A stretch of 64,000 nucleotides of DNA from assembly GCA_965216875.1 (NCBI GenBank), contig OZ244207.1, forward strand, positions 1,376,001 to 1,440,000, written 5' to 3'. This stretch comes from Rubripirellula sp. (GTDB taxonomy: Bacteria > Planctomycetota > Planctomycetia > Pirellulales > Pirellulaceae). Positions within the stretch are counted from its first letter, which is position 1, and the number at the start of each line of letters is the position of its first letter. Position numbers and translations under genes: made by a program. Below are positions 30,036-39,700 of this stretch, piece by piece. The notes under the pieces were generated by a model, which did no database searches, was not told the DNA's origin, and saw only the letters and a list, made by a program, of their open reading frames with translations.

Positions 30036-30482
30036 CTACTGCAGATGCCGGTTGATTTCCAGAATCTGCTCGTTGAAGTCGGGTAGCTCGATCACTTCGA
30101 TGCCTTGGTCTTGAAGTGTCGCGATCCCTTTGCAATCGACAAAGGTTGCCGGTTCACGTACTCCGAAGACTACGCGTTTGATGTTCCGAGCGATAATGTG
30201 TGTGCAGCAGGCGGTCTTTCCTGATTTGCGAATGCTGCACGGTTCCATCGTCGAATAGAGAACAAGTCCGTCTGTTGGCGTCGCTGGCGGCAACTTGTCC
30301 AACGCCACTTCTTCTGCATGGATGCTGTCGTTGATTTCGCGACTGTAGCCTTCCGCGAGAATGGTTCCTTCGGCATCGGTAATGATGCAGCCAACTGAAA
30401 AGGCCGTTGTCGAACGCGGGCACTTCCGCGATAGCTCGACCGCCTTTTTCATGATTTTCTGGTCAAGGTCGCTGGCATTCAT
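30036..30482 (-). CDS. stand-alone RibD-like/cytidine-type zinc deaminase
   Basis: Motifs HAEE and YSTMEPC...C. The start overlaps the upstream stop (ATGA). Confidence 0.85.
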   Translation of the reverse strand: MNASDLDQKIMKKAVELSRKCPRSTTAFSVGCIITDAEGTILAEGYSREINDSIHAEEVALDKLPPATPTDGLVLYSTMEPCSIRKSGKTACCTHIIARNIKRVVFGVREPATFVDCKGIATLQDQGIEVIELPDFNEQILEINRHLQ

Positions 30483-31147
30483 GGTTTTCTTTCGAGCGTC
30501 AAAACGGCGGTGCCGCCGACGTCCTCGCATTTGACAAGCTGAAACCGGTGGCCAAACGGTTCTGCGACTGGGCCGGTCACGAAACGAGGGGCTGATTCGT
30601 CGCCGATGATGATTGGGGCAATCGCCAGGCGGATCTGATCCACCACTTGTTCGGTGATTGCGGCTGTGATGACGTGCTGGCCACCTTCAACCATCACCCG
30701 ACGATGCCCGTTGGCTGAGAGATCGCAAAGGATGGAGGTGAGCGTCAACTCATCGAGTGCTCGAACCGCCGCTCGGTCGCCGACGGTCTGGGCGAGTGAC
30801 GTGGCGGCCGTTTTATTGCAATAGACAACCTTCTCTCCGTCTCCCCATTGAAAGAATTTAGCGTCGGGGTTGAGCTCGCCTGAGGCCGTCACGGTGACCT
30901 TTGTCGGATCGGCCGGCTTACCGGCGTCGAGCCTTTTTTGTGCAAGTTCGTCGTCGAGCGTGATCAGACGCGGGTCGTCTTTGCGGATCGTGCCCGCGCC
31001 GACAATCACGGCGTCACAGGTTGCTCGAAGAGCGTAGACGGCCGCGAAATCTTGATCGCTTGAAAGGACGCGTCGTTTCGCTGATGCATCGTCAATGTAG
31101 CCATCCAACGACATCGCAAAGGAAAGGATGACATGGGGACGAGACAT
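30479..31147 (-). CDS. stand-alone RibD_C-type (DHFR-fold) pyrimidine reductase
   Basis: Motifs AMSLDGYI, DAVIVGAGTIRKDDPRL, MVEGG, IAPIIIG. Confidence 0.88.
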   Translation of the reverse strand: MSRPHVILSFAMSLDGYIDDASAKRRVLSSDQDFAAVYALRATCDAVIVGAGTIRKDDPRLITLDDELAQKRLDAGKPADPTKVTVTASGELNPDAKFFQWGDGEKVVYCNKTAATSLAQTVGDRAAVRALDELTLTSILCDLSANGHRRVMVEGGQHVITAAITEQVVDQIRLAIAPIIIGDESAPRFVTGPVAEPFGHRFQLVKCEDVGGTAVLTLERKP

Positions 31148-31207
31148 GGGGCCGGTTGATTAGAAGTCTGTTGTGTGAAGCAATGCAGACATCCTAGTTG
31201 ATGGCGC

Positions 31208-31264
31208 AAAAAGAGACCACGGCAGGAACCGTGCCCCGGTTTCCCGGTTGTCACCTGCCGTGGT
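31208..31264 (-). terminator. probable intrinsic terminator of the 1120-aa gene
   Basis: An 11-bp inverted repeat (31216-31226 / 31254-31264) is followed on the minus strand by a T-rich run. Confidence 0.5.
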
Positions 31265-31318
31265 ATCCCATTCGCTGCTCAGGTGGCGAGCAGACGAAAA
31301 TCGATTGCAGCCTTTCGG

Positions 31319-34300
31319 CTAGTCCCAGAAGCGAATCCAGTTGAACAACCATGCGAACTTGCGTTCACGACCTGAGCGAGGCCCAACGAAATCGGTGTTG
31401 GAATAGGTGCTCTGCCAACTGTCGCTGTCGCCATCGCTGCCGACCAGTTCGAGTCCACCGCCGTAGGGGTCAACCTGAGCGTACGTGTCTTCGGACCAGC
31501 TGTAGGAGTGGTCGGTCACTTCGGAGCCTGTGACCGTTGCTTCAGGAGATCCTAGACCGCCGCCATACGGGTCGTTGGGAGTGGTGATCGTCGTCGTGTA
31601 GTTGTAGTTCAGGTCAGCATCGGCGAACCCGTTGCCAACCACTCGCCACGTCGCGTTATCACCCAAGTCCCAAGCTTCGCGGAAGCTATCGTAGCTGTCG
31701 CCCCAATCGAGAAGGGTCCCTGTCAGGACGGCTCCATTGGAATCAATCGTGGTGAGGTAATTGTCGTCGTAGTACCAGTCGCCGGTATTCACCTGCGTTG
31801 AGTCATAGTCACTGTATTCGTGATAGTTGGTCGAGTACCAATCGTTCTCGCCCTCCATTTCCGATTTGTTGTCACGATGCGTTTCGCCGATTTCATTGAC
31901 ATCGTACGTTCGGCTTCCGTTCGAATTGAACGTCGCCAAGCTATCGGCCGTGCCAATCACGAAATCCTCGTCCCATTCGTCGAGAGATTCATGATGATAA
32001 GTGACTTTGGTTGCACCGGCCGGATCCCAGGTATAGTCCGACTCGTACCACCTGTATTCGTCACGGCCACCGTTTTGGTGATCGTCTTGATGCAGGATGT
32101 AGAGCGTCGGTGTCCGGGTGATGCCGCCGTCAATCGTGTCAGCGTCGAGGTCGGGATCGAAAATGTCGGTTTCGATGGTACCGACACGGCCCGTGATGTT
32201 GCCGTTGGCGTTGCGATCGACGGTGGTTTCATTGCTATACCAGTAAACCCAATCGTCCTGGCGACGTGCCGTGCCTGCGCCGAACCAAGGTTCAAGGTGC
32301 GGGACGCCACCATTGTTGAGCCAGTCCCAGTAGGGAACGCCGCCAACCGTGCCCGGGTTTGCGCCGTCGGACCTGGTCACTTCGTATGTCCAATCATCGA
32401 CATCGCTGTGTGCGGCCCAGTGGTAGTAGTTGTCTGCCGAACGAGTCCAGAAGCCGTCTGCTTCACCTTCTTCGTCGATGACTTCGGTTGTCCCACCGTT
32501 GGAATGGTAAGTGGTGACCTCGTCAAAGATGAATCGGTAGTAGTCCTCCAGGTCTTCGGCCCAAAAATCCTTTTGGGTTTGGTCGTCGATGGTGTAGTTC
32601 ACGGTCGAACCTGATCCGGTCATGTCGAGATCACCATCCATCTCGAGACGCCTGAGCAACCAAGCGTCGCCATCTTCGGTGAAGTCACCCGTTCGACCCG
32701 TTTCAATTCCTGACGTCGTCAAGGTCTGTGTCGTTTGGTCGTCGTAAGTGCTGCCGACGCGCATTGTCACATCGACGATCACTTCGGGAGCAATGTGGAC
32801 GTTCGGATCGGAATGGTCGCGTGTTTCTTCGTAGAAGTAGATGTCACGAATCAAACCGTTGCCGGTATCTCGGTGTTCGTGCCAATCGAGATAGTGGCGT
32901 CCCTCGGTCCAGTAGTCACCGTCGACCGTTCCTTGTGTGTCGTTGATGACGGTGGTTGATCCTGAGGCGTAAGTGATTTGCCGATCAAAAGTCTCCGTAA
33001 AGGTCATGTCGGCTTCTTCGTCCCAGTACTCATCGCGCACCGCCGTGTCGTAGGTGTTCGATGTTTGGTCGTCCATCCGGTCGTGGTAGTCGAGGTGACC
33101 GGTATGGTCCATCACGTACGTGCTATCGTCATCGCCCCATTCGTGGCGGGTGCCGATCTTGTCCTCGCCGTTACCGCCTCCATTGGGAACGAGTTCACCG
33201 CTGCCGGTGTAATCGAGCGTGCTCGGATTGGTCGGCGCAACGGTGAGCAGCTCGTCGAGAGTCGAGTACTCGTAAAGGTCAATGAAGGATGACTCCACGC
33301 CCGTGACATCGATGTCCCAAGTCGTTGTGATGATGTTGTCGAAGTAGCCGTGCCAGGAAAGGCTTCCGCTTTCGGTGTAGGTCTTGTTGGTGCTACCGCC
33401 ACCACCTCCACCGCCGCCATAGCCTCCACCATATCCGCCGCCACCACCACCGTACGGGTCGCCGGCTGGCATGGTGATGTCGATCAAGTCATTTTGGGTA
33501 CGCGTTGCCGTGGCGAAGTAGTCGTAGGTGTGGACCTCGGTTTCGAATGGCAGCGTGTGTGGGTCAAAGTTTTCGTCAAACGTGTCGGTGTAACCGTCGG
33601 CGTAGGTGTCTTCAAAACTGTAGTGATCGACGTCCGACCCTGAGCCATCGCTCTCAAACCGGAACGTGTAGTTGCCCGACTGAACGAGGTCACGATCGAT
33701 CAGGCCCGGTTCGGTCAGTGGTGGCGGCGTCGCGGTGGCAAGCGCGGCATCAAAGAGACCGCCCGAATAGGGATCCCAATAAGGATGTTCAGGGCCGTAG
33801 CCGTTGGCGGGATCCGCGGGAACGTAGCCGTAAGGCTCAAACGCAAAGTCCCACTCCGTTGTGATGTTAAATCCGGTCAACACAAGTTCTTCGGAGTAAT
33901 CCCAATCGCTTCCGGTCGTTGTGTAAGTGACCGTCAACGTCCAGGGGAGCGTGTAAGTAATCGTTTTTCCGGTGGCAACGTTATCCACAACGCTGACGGT
34001 CCCGGAGGTGACTGTGGTGCCTGTCGAGCCACTTGGCACGAACTGGTCGGGATAATCGCCCCAACCTTCAATTTGTGGGAAGTGATCTTTGATGTCTTCG
34101 GGATCGAAGAACCATTCCGTCAAATCGTAGTCATCGGCCATTCGGCCATACGACTCAGGAAACGGCACATCAATGGGCTCTGTCGGTTCGTACGTACCGA
34201 TTGGGTCCATGCCGTCGCGCGCATAATGGCCAACGGGAGTCTGATACGCGGGCGATGGCGTGTCGGGCCACTGTGAGCTCGATCCCCACCCCCACGAATA

Positions 34301-34681
34301 ATAGGCGCCGGCTTGCGGGCCGTAATCAAGGTCCAGTGTGTCCAAGTCGGGAATCCGAGCGGTGTAATCCCAACCTTCAGGAAGTTGGTCCGTATCGGGT
34401 GTCAGCTCGTTTCCGCGGTTGTCTTCGATTTCGCGAAAATGCTTCGCGTAATCACTGTTGTTGAAGAAGTCGCGGTCATATTGCACATGCTCGTGCAACT
34501 CATAACCGCGTTCCAAATCGATGTGGTTGACTTCCGATCCGACCGGATTGTAGGGAATGCCTTCGGCACTCAATACTCGGCGGTTTTCCAGGACTTGAAC
34601 CGTCAGGTTCCTGCGCCGTTTCCTGCGATGCAAAGCGGAGAGCTTTGAAGAATGACGGCTACCACGATCACTTCCACGCAT
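31319..34681 (-). CDS. large Asp/Tyr/Thr/Gly-rich planctomycete extracellular protein
   Basis: Basic N-terminus with RRRNLTVQVLENRRVLS (LExRxLL-type motif), strongly acidic/aromatic composition and DPYGGG repeats. Confidence 0.8.
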   Translation of the reverse strand: MRGSDRGSRHSSKLSALHRRKRRRNLTVQVLENRRVLSAEGIPYNPVGSEVNHIDLERGYELHEHVQYDRDFFNNSDYAKHFREIEDNRGNELTPDTDQLPEGWDYTARIPDLDTLDLDYGPQAGAYYSWGWGSSSQWPDTPSPAYQTPVGHYARDGMDPIGTYEPTEPIDVPFPESYGRMADDYDLTEWFFDPEDIKDHFPQIEGWGDYPDQFVPSGSTGTTVTSGTVSVVDNVATGKTITYTLPWTLTVTYTTTGSDWDYSEELVLTGFNITTEWDFAFEPYGYVPADPANGYGPEHPYWDPYSGGLFDAALATATPPPLTEPGLIDRDLVQSGNYTFRFESDGSGSDVDHYSFEDTYADGYTDTFDENFDPHTLPFETEVHTYDYFATATRTQNDLIDITMPAGDPYGGGGGGYGGGYGGGGGGGGSTNKTYTESGSLSWHGYFDNIITTTWDIDVTGVESSFIDLYEYSTLDELLTVAPTNPSTLDYTGSGELVPNGGGNGEDKIGTRHEWGDDDSTYVMDHTGHLDYHDRMDDQTSNTYDTAVRDEYWDEEADMTFTETFDRQITYASGSTTVINDTQGTVDGDYWTEGRHYLDWHEHRDTGNGLIRDIYFYEETRDHSDPNVHIAPEVIVDVTMRVGSTYDDQTTQTLTTSGIETGRTGDFTEDGDAWLLRRLEMDGDLDMTGSGSTVNYTIDDQTQKDFWAEDLEDYYRFIFDEVTTYHSNGGTTEVIDEEGEADGFWTRSADNYYHWAAHSDVDDWTYEVTRSDGANPGTVGGVPYWDWLNNGGVPHLEPWFGAGTARRQDDWVYWYSNETTVDRNANGNITGRVGTIETDIFDPDLDADTIDGGITRTPTLYILHQDDHQNGGRDEYRWYESDYTWDPAGATKVTYHHESLDEWDEDFVIGTADSLATFNSNGSRTYDVNEIGETHRDNKSEMEGENDWYSTNYHEYSDYDSTQVNTGDWYYDDNYLTTIDSNGAVLTGTLLDWGDSYDSFREAWDLGDNATWRVVGNGFADADLNYNYTTTITTPNDPYGGGLGSPEATVTGSEVTDHSYSWSEDTYAQVDPYGGGLELVGSDGDSDSWQSTYSNTDFVGPRSGRERKFAWLFNWIRFWD

Positions 34682-34873
34682 GACAAATGCCCCTTGTCAT
34701 TGGAGAGAACAGATGGAGAGGAGAAGTTGGTTTGATGCAACGGACGTCGCAAGTCGGACAACCAACTCCGATTAGCTTGGGTGAGTTATTGCGTACCTAG
34801 CAGGGTGCGTCAAGAAAATTGTTTTGTGATTTGCAAATCCAATAGGTTTGCATTCGGACGCCGCGAAGCCCTG

Positions 34874-36073
34874 TTATGCAATTTCGAGCATGGACATCAT
34901 GTCTGATATAGCGCGTTGTTTGCTTTCGCCAAGGAAGCTGAGATACCGCTTCGAGAAATTGGCAGCCGTTTTACGTGCCGCATCGCTAAGTGCACGCTGA
35001 ACAGCGTCTTCAACTCGGTCCATCGTTTGCGGGAAAATGGAAAGAGCCAGTCGGTGTTGATGCATACAGTGAGCGTGCACACGTTGCTCGAGAAATAAAG
35101 GGAAACCAATCACTGGGATACCCAGCGACAACATTCGAATACTCATGCCATGATTGCTATTGGTCAAAGCAAACGAGCATTCTCTTGCTGCCATAGACAG
35201 ATCGACTGAACCCTTTTGAAGTAATACTCTTGGGCCAAGTTCATGAACCCAATGCGAGGGGATGCCGTCCGCAACCAGGGCAACGTTGCATTGCATTGCA
35301 GCAAGCCGCGCGAGCACCTGCCTAAGTGCCGGAAAGGGTTTCAGGTAGGCGATCACTTTGGGACCTGGCTGCTCTGGCCAGACCGGGGCCAGACCACCAC
35401 CCGTTTCAATGGTTCCCAAGTAGTTTGGTGTCGCACGAAGGAGCTGGTTGCGCGCAACTGCATAAGGATCGAGCTCAGGGACCGTTGCCAACAGGGTCTT
35501 ACCAGACTCTCCGATGGCTTCGGCAAAGCTCGTTAGCTCATTGACACCCCAGTGGCGAATGGAGGCGTTGATCATCGCAAGCACCTCCGCTTCTTTCGAC
35601 GGACTGGACGACGAGTCTGACGGCGCGTGATGGGCTAGCTGCGTAAGCGGCGTGGTTTCGGGTGGACATTCGAAGCCGGTTCCGATTCGCAGCCGACGAA
35701 GTCCCAGGGTCTTCGCGGCAATTGATGCGGCGAGTCCATAGTCGCTCACCACCGCATCGATCGACTCTTGCTGCAGTATGTGGCGATAGGCGGCGACGAG
35801 TCCATGGACACGCCCCGGTGTGTCGTAGCCAAGATTCCAAGCAAGTTCGGCAATGGTAGGTGGGGATTGGATGACGGCCGCAACGGTCGCTGTCAGAGTT
35901 GGCGATTGATAAATCGCGTCCGCCTGATCGCCAAAGATCGAGTGAACATTCGAAAGGTCGCGCGATGCGACGACAACGCGGTGTCCTTTCTTGCGCAGGT
36001 GTTCGGCCAGCGGGCGAAAACGCAGGAGATGGGAGACACCGGCGCCCCATTCCCACGCAAAAAGAACGTTCAT
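34874..36073 (-). CDS. GT-B fold glycosyltransferase (GT1/GT28-like)
   Basis: Motifs FAWEWGAGVSHL, GHRVVVASRD, VVSDY, LGIPVIGFPLFLEQ. Confidence 0.8.
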   Translation of the reverse strand: MNVLFAWEWGAGVSHLLRFRPLAEHLRKKGHRVVVASRDLSNVHSIFGDQADAIYQSPTLTATVAAVIQSPPTIAELAWNLGYDTPGRVHGLVAAYRHILQQESIDAVVSDYGLAASIAAKTLGLRRLRIGTGFECPPETTPLTQLAHHAPSDSSSSPSKEAEVLAMINASIRHWGVNELTSFAEAIGESGKTLLATVPELDPYAVARNQLLRATPNYLGTIETGGGLAPVWPEQPGPKVIAYLKPFPALRQVLARLAAMQCNVALVADGIPSHWVHELGPRVLLQKGSVDLSMAARECSFALTNSNHGMSIRMLSLGIPVIGFPLFLEQRVHAHCMHQHRLALSIFPQTMDRVEDAVQRALSDAARKTAANFSKRYLSFLGESKQRAISDMMSMLEIA

Positions 36074-36190
36074 CGAGCGGTTTGCCCCAAAGCTTGTTGC
36101 CAGAACCTGGTTGGATGCCACGCCAATCATCAGTGTCGGCGCGTTTCAAAACGCAACAGCACAATCCACGCACACGCGGGTGCTCAACTG

Positions 36191-36616
36191 TTATGCGCTA
36201 TTTCGAACACCCAATCGATAGGGTTCCGAGTCGCGTCGGTGGATTTCCACCAAGTAGCCCTCTTCGAGCAGGCCCGCGAGAAGCGCTTGGGCAATTTCGC
36301 CTTCCATCGCATGTTGCTTGACTTCCGCGACACGAATTGCCGGCTGTCCATTCTGATCGCGAATGCCGTGAACGAGCAGTCCGCAACTGTCCGGCCGCAT
36401 CACTTCACCGCCCGGCCGCTTTCCCCAGCCATCGGAAAGGTACATGCATTCAAAGCGACGGCAGACGTCGGGACGTGCCTCGTATTGGCCACAGCCATAT
36501 TCGGCCAAGTGCACACAGTTCTCGTACTGGGACTTTCCCAGCTCGTCGATTGCCATGACGAGACAACACGCGGTGCAGCTGCCACATTGATTGAAGATTG
36601 GCAATGAACGGTTCAT
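36191..36616 (-). CDS. YkgJ-family cysteine-cluster protein
   Basis: Pattern CGSCTACC...CVHL...GCGQYEARPDVCRRFEC. Confidence 0.85.
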   Translation of the reverse strand: MNRSLPIFNQCGSCTACCLVMAIDELGKSQYENCVHLAEYGCGQYEARPDVCRRFECMYLSDGWGKRPGGEVMRPDSCGLLVHGIRDQNGQPAIRVAEVKQHAMEGEIAQALLAGLLEEGYLVEIHRRDSEPYRLGVRNSA

Positions 36617-36707
36617 GTTGAAGTGCCCACTTCCGCATTACTGTTGATAGGAGACGCGGCATTGTGACAATCATTGCCTCTTGGCGACAGTGCAATGTTC
36701 TTGCGTG

Positions 36708-39700
36708 TTATTTGAGCGACATCAAGTACATCAAAAGTTCGATGCGTTCGCGGTCGCTCAGCTGCTTCAGCAATTCCTCGGGCATGAACGAATTTTTCGA
36801 GACCATCACTCGATCAATCTCCTCTTTTGCGATCGTTTCGGTCGCCGTCGCAGTACGGATGGTCATGGCGCTTTCATTTTCGCTCAGGATGACGCCTGTG
36901 ACGACGAGGCCATCAAACGTCAAAATGTTACGAGCCTGGAAGTCTTTTCCAATCACGGCATTCGGATCGATGATGTTCTCGACGATGTACTCGATGCCCT
37001 TTGCGCCGCTGCCTTCGAGCTTCGGCCCGATTCGATTTGCAGCTTCGGTCGGTGCGTGGCAATTGGCGCACAGCTTTTTGAAGTGTGCGGCACCTGCGTT
37101 GCGGTTGTAGGCCCATAGCGGAGCAGACTGGTACTTCCCAACCAACTCCGCGATCGCCGCTTTGGCTTGCGCATTGGTTTGGCCGATTTCACCCCACTGC
37201 GTGGCGAGCCTCGCATCAACATCGTCATCACCGAGGCTGGCCATCTGTCGCGCATAGTATCCAGTGAGTTTGCTCTCATCGGCAGCGTCATCAGCGAGTG
37301 CGTCGAGCAGTTGAAGCGACCATAACGCGCGACTGCAAAGCGTTTCCATGGCCGCGTCGCTCGCTGGTTGTGAAAAGTTCGGAAGCCTATCCACGATGGC
37401 GCTCCCAATCTCGTCAGCTTGGTAGTTCTTGAGTTGTCGAATGGCTTGAACTTGCAAGTTGGGATCGTCGATAAGCGGCAGCAAGGCGGCGACATTTGCT
37501 TGGTCACGGTCATTGGCCAGTACCGAGAGGGCGTGTTGTTTCTGCTTGATCGTTGATTCACGGTTTCCGAGTACGGCTCGCATCCGGTCCATCAACCGCG
37601 CGTCGCCGAACGAAGCCCCAATCGTTTCAGCGGCAGCACGGGTGGTGGCATCGGCGTAGAGGCTTGCGGCGATGGTTGACCAGTTTTCGGGTGGCTGAAT
37701 GCCACGTTGGTTGGCAACGGCATCGGCGAGCAGCTGAGCCAACTGGTTGCGTTTTGTTCCCTTTGCTGCGTCGATCCGTGCGACAAGTCGCTGGCGGCCG
37801 CGATCGGAAACCTGGGCGGCGTACCAAAGGAGGTTGTGTCGAAGCGAAGGTATTGGTGTCTTCTCGGAGAGTCTTAGCCCCCGTTCGAGGTCCGATTCGA
37901 GCAACTGTGCGAGCGAGTGCCAGAGCAACTTGGGAAGATTGCGGTCCTCTTCGATCGTGGGTGAAGCCGCCAAGGTCTCCGTCACCATCCAGGCCGACTC
38001 TTGAGGGAGGTGCGGGATCGCGGATGCCAAACAGGTTTGAACAAAGAGCGATTTTTCGTCCCGTGCGATCTGAGTGATCAAGCGGTTTGCATTTAGCGAT
38101 GGCTCGTCGTTGGAAAGGAGTTGTACTAACCAACCTCGAACATATTCACTCGAGTCGGACGCGAGTCTTGATGCCAAGTTGTCGCCCATTGCGCCGATCG
38201 CGTGCAGCGTCCACATTGCACGAAGTCGTCGAGTTTCATCGTCATGTTCGATGGCCAGTTTGGAAAGTTGGTCAATGACTTCGTGAAGGTCGGCGCCCGT
38301 GCTCGCGCGCTCGGCCAACACCAATCGAGCGGTTCGGACATGCCAATCGTTTGTGTGCAGATGGGCGTCGACAAGCTCCTGGGTCGATGCGTTCCAATAA
38401 TCGACGGTCGATGGCGAGTATCCATCATATTGGATTCGATAAAGACGCCCGTTTCCTCGTTGCCACTGTTCGGTGTGTGGGCTGTGGCAATGCCGTGTGT
38501 CGTACCAGTCGCTTACGTAGACCGCGCCGTCGGGGCCATATTGAAGGTCCACGCCGATGTAGCTCGGATCACTGCAGTAAAAGACGTCGACGCCTGAATG
38601 AACAGTGTTGTAGCCGCCGCCGGCACGCACGTTGACTTGATGGTTGATGCGGTGGCCGTGCAGGTTGTGGGTGAAGAGATGGTCGCGCAGCGAACTGGGC
38701 CAGTTGTCGCCGAGGTAAATCATCGTGCCAACATGTGAGTGGCCGCCATAAAGGGCGCGCGAGCCGCGTTTGCCTGCTCCGCCTTCGCCATGGCCGTACC
38801 GCGCCGAAGCGAGCAAGTAGTTTTTCATCGATGCGATGCCAGCGATTGGCCGCGACGAAATGAAGCGAGCGTAGTTGCTGTTGGTCTGGTTCCAATAATG
38901 ACCGCCACGCAAGACGTGTGTTGTTGGTCCCCCACCAAAGTGGCTCCGACAATGTGTCATGAAGCATTGGCCTCGATCGTCAAAGTCCAAGCCCCATTGG
39001 TTGCTGCCGCCGTGTGCGAAAACTTCAAAGACATGTTTGGTTGGATGGTAACGCCAAACACCGGCTGCGAATTCAGTGCGATTCGAGTCAACCGCCCCCG
39101 GTTTGCCGACATTGGATCGATTGAAGACGCCTTGGTTGCCATAGAGCCATCCGTCCGGGCCCCAGATGAAACTGTTCAACGTTTCGTGCGTGTCGGCATA
39201 GCCGAACCCATCAAGCAGGACCACAGGGTCGGAATCGGGAACGTCATCGCGATTGCGGTCGGGGATGAACAGTAAGTCGGGTGCCGCACCGACCCAAACG
39301 CCGCCGTGGCCGACCTGCAATCCGCTGACAAGGTTAAGGCCTTCGGCGAAGACTTTGCGCGACTCAAAGGATCCATCGCCATCCTTGTCGGCAAAGATCA
39401 GGATGCGATCGATCCCCTCGCCAACAGGTCGTTTGGTGGGATAGCAGTGACCTTCGACAACCCAAAGACGCCCCTTTGGATCAAAACAGAAAGCCATCGG
39501 TTGAAAAACGTCCGGTTCGGCTGCGATGGTGTCTACCGAAAAACCCTCGGGCAGGTGCATTCGTCGTAGCGTTTCCGAGGCCGCGGATTCGTCGGCGACC
39601 GCTTTGTTCTCTTTGAGGGTATGCAGCAGCGGATGGTGAGTCGGATCGTCCGCTTCGGCGCCAGGGAAACGCGGCCGCGTCTTGTGAACGCGAAAGTCAT

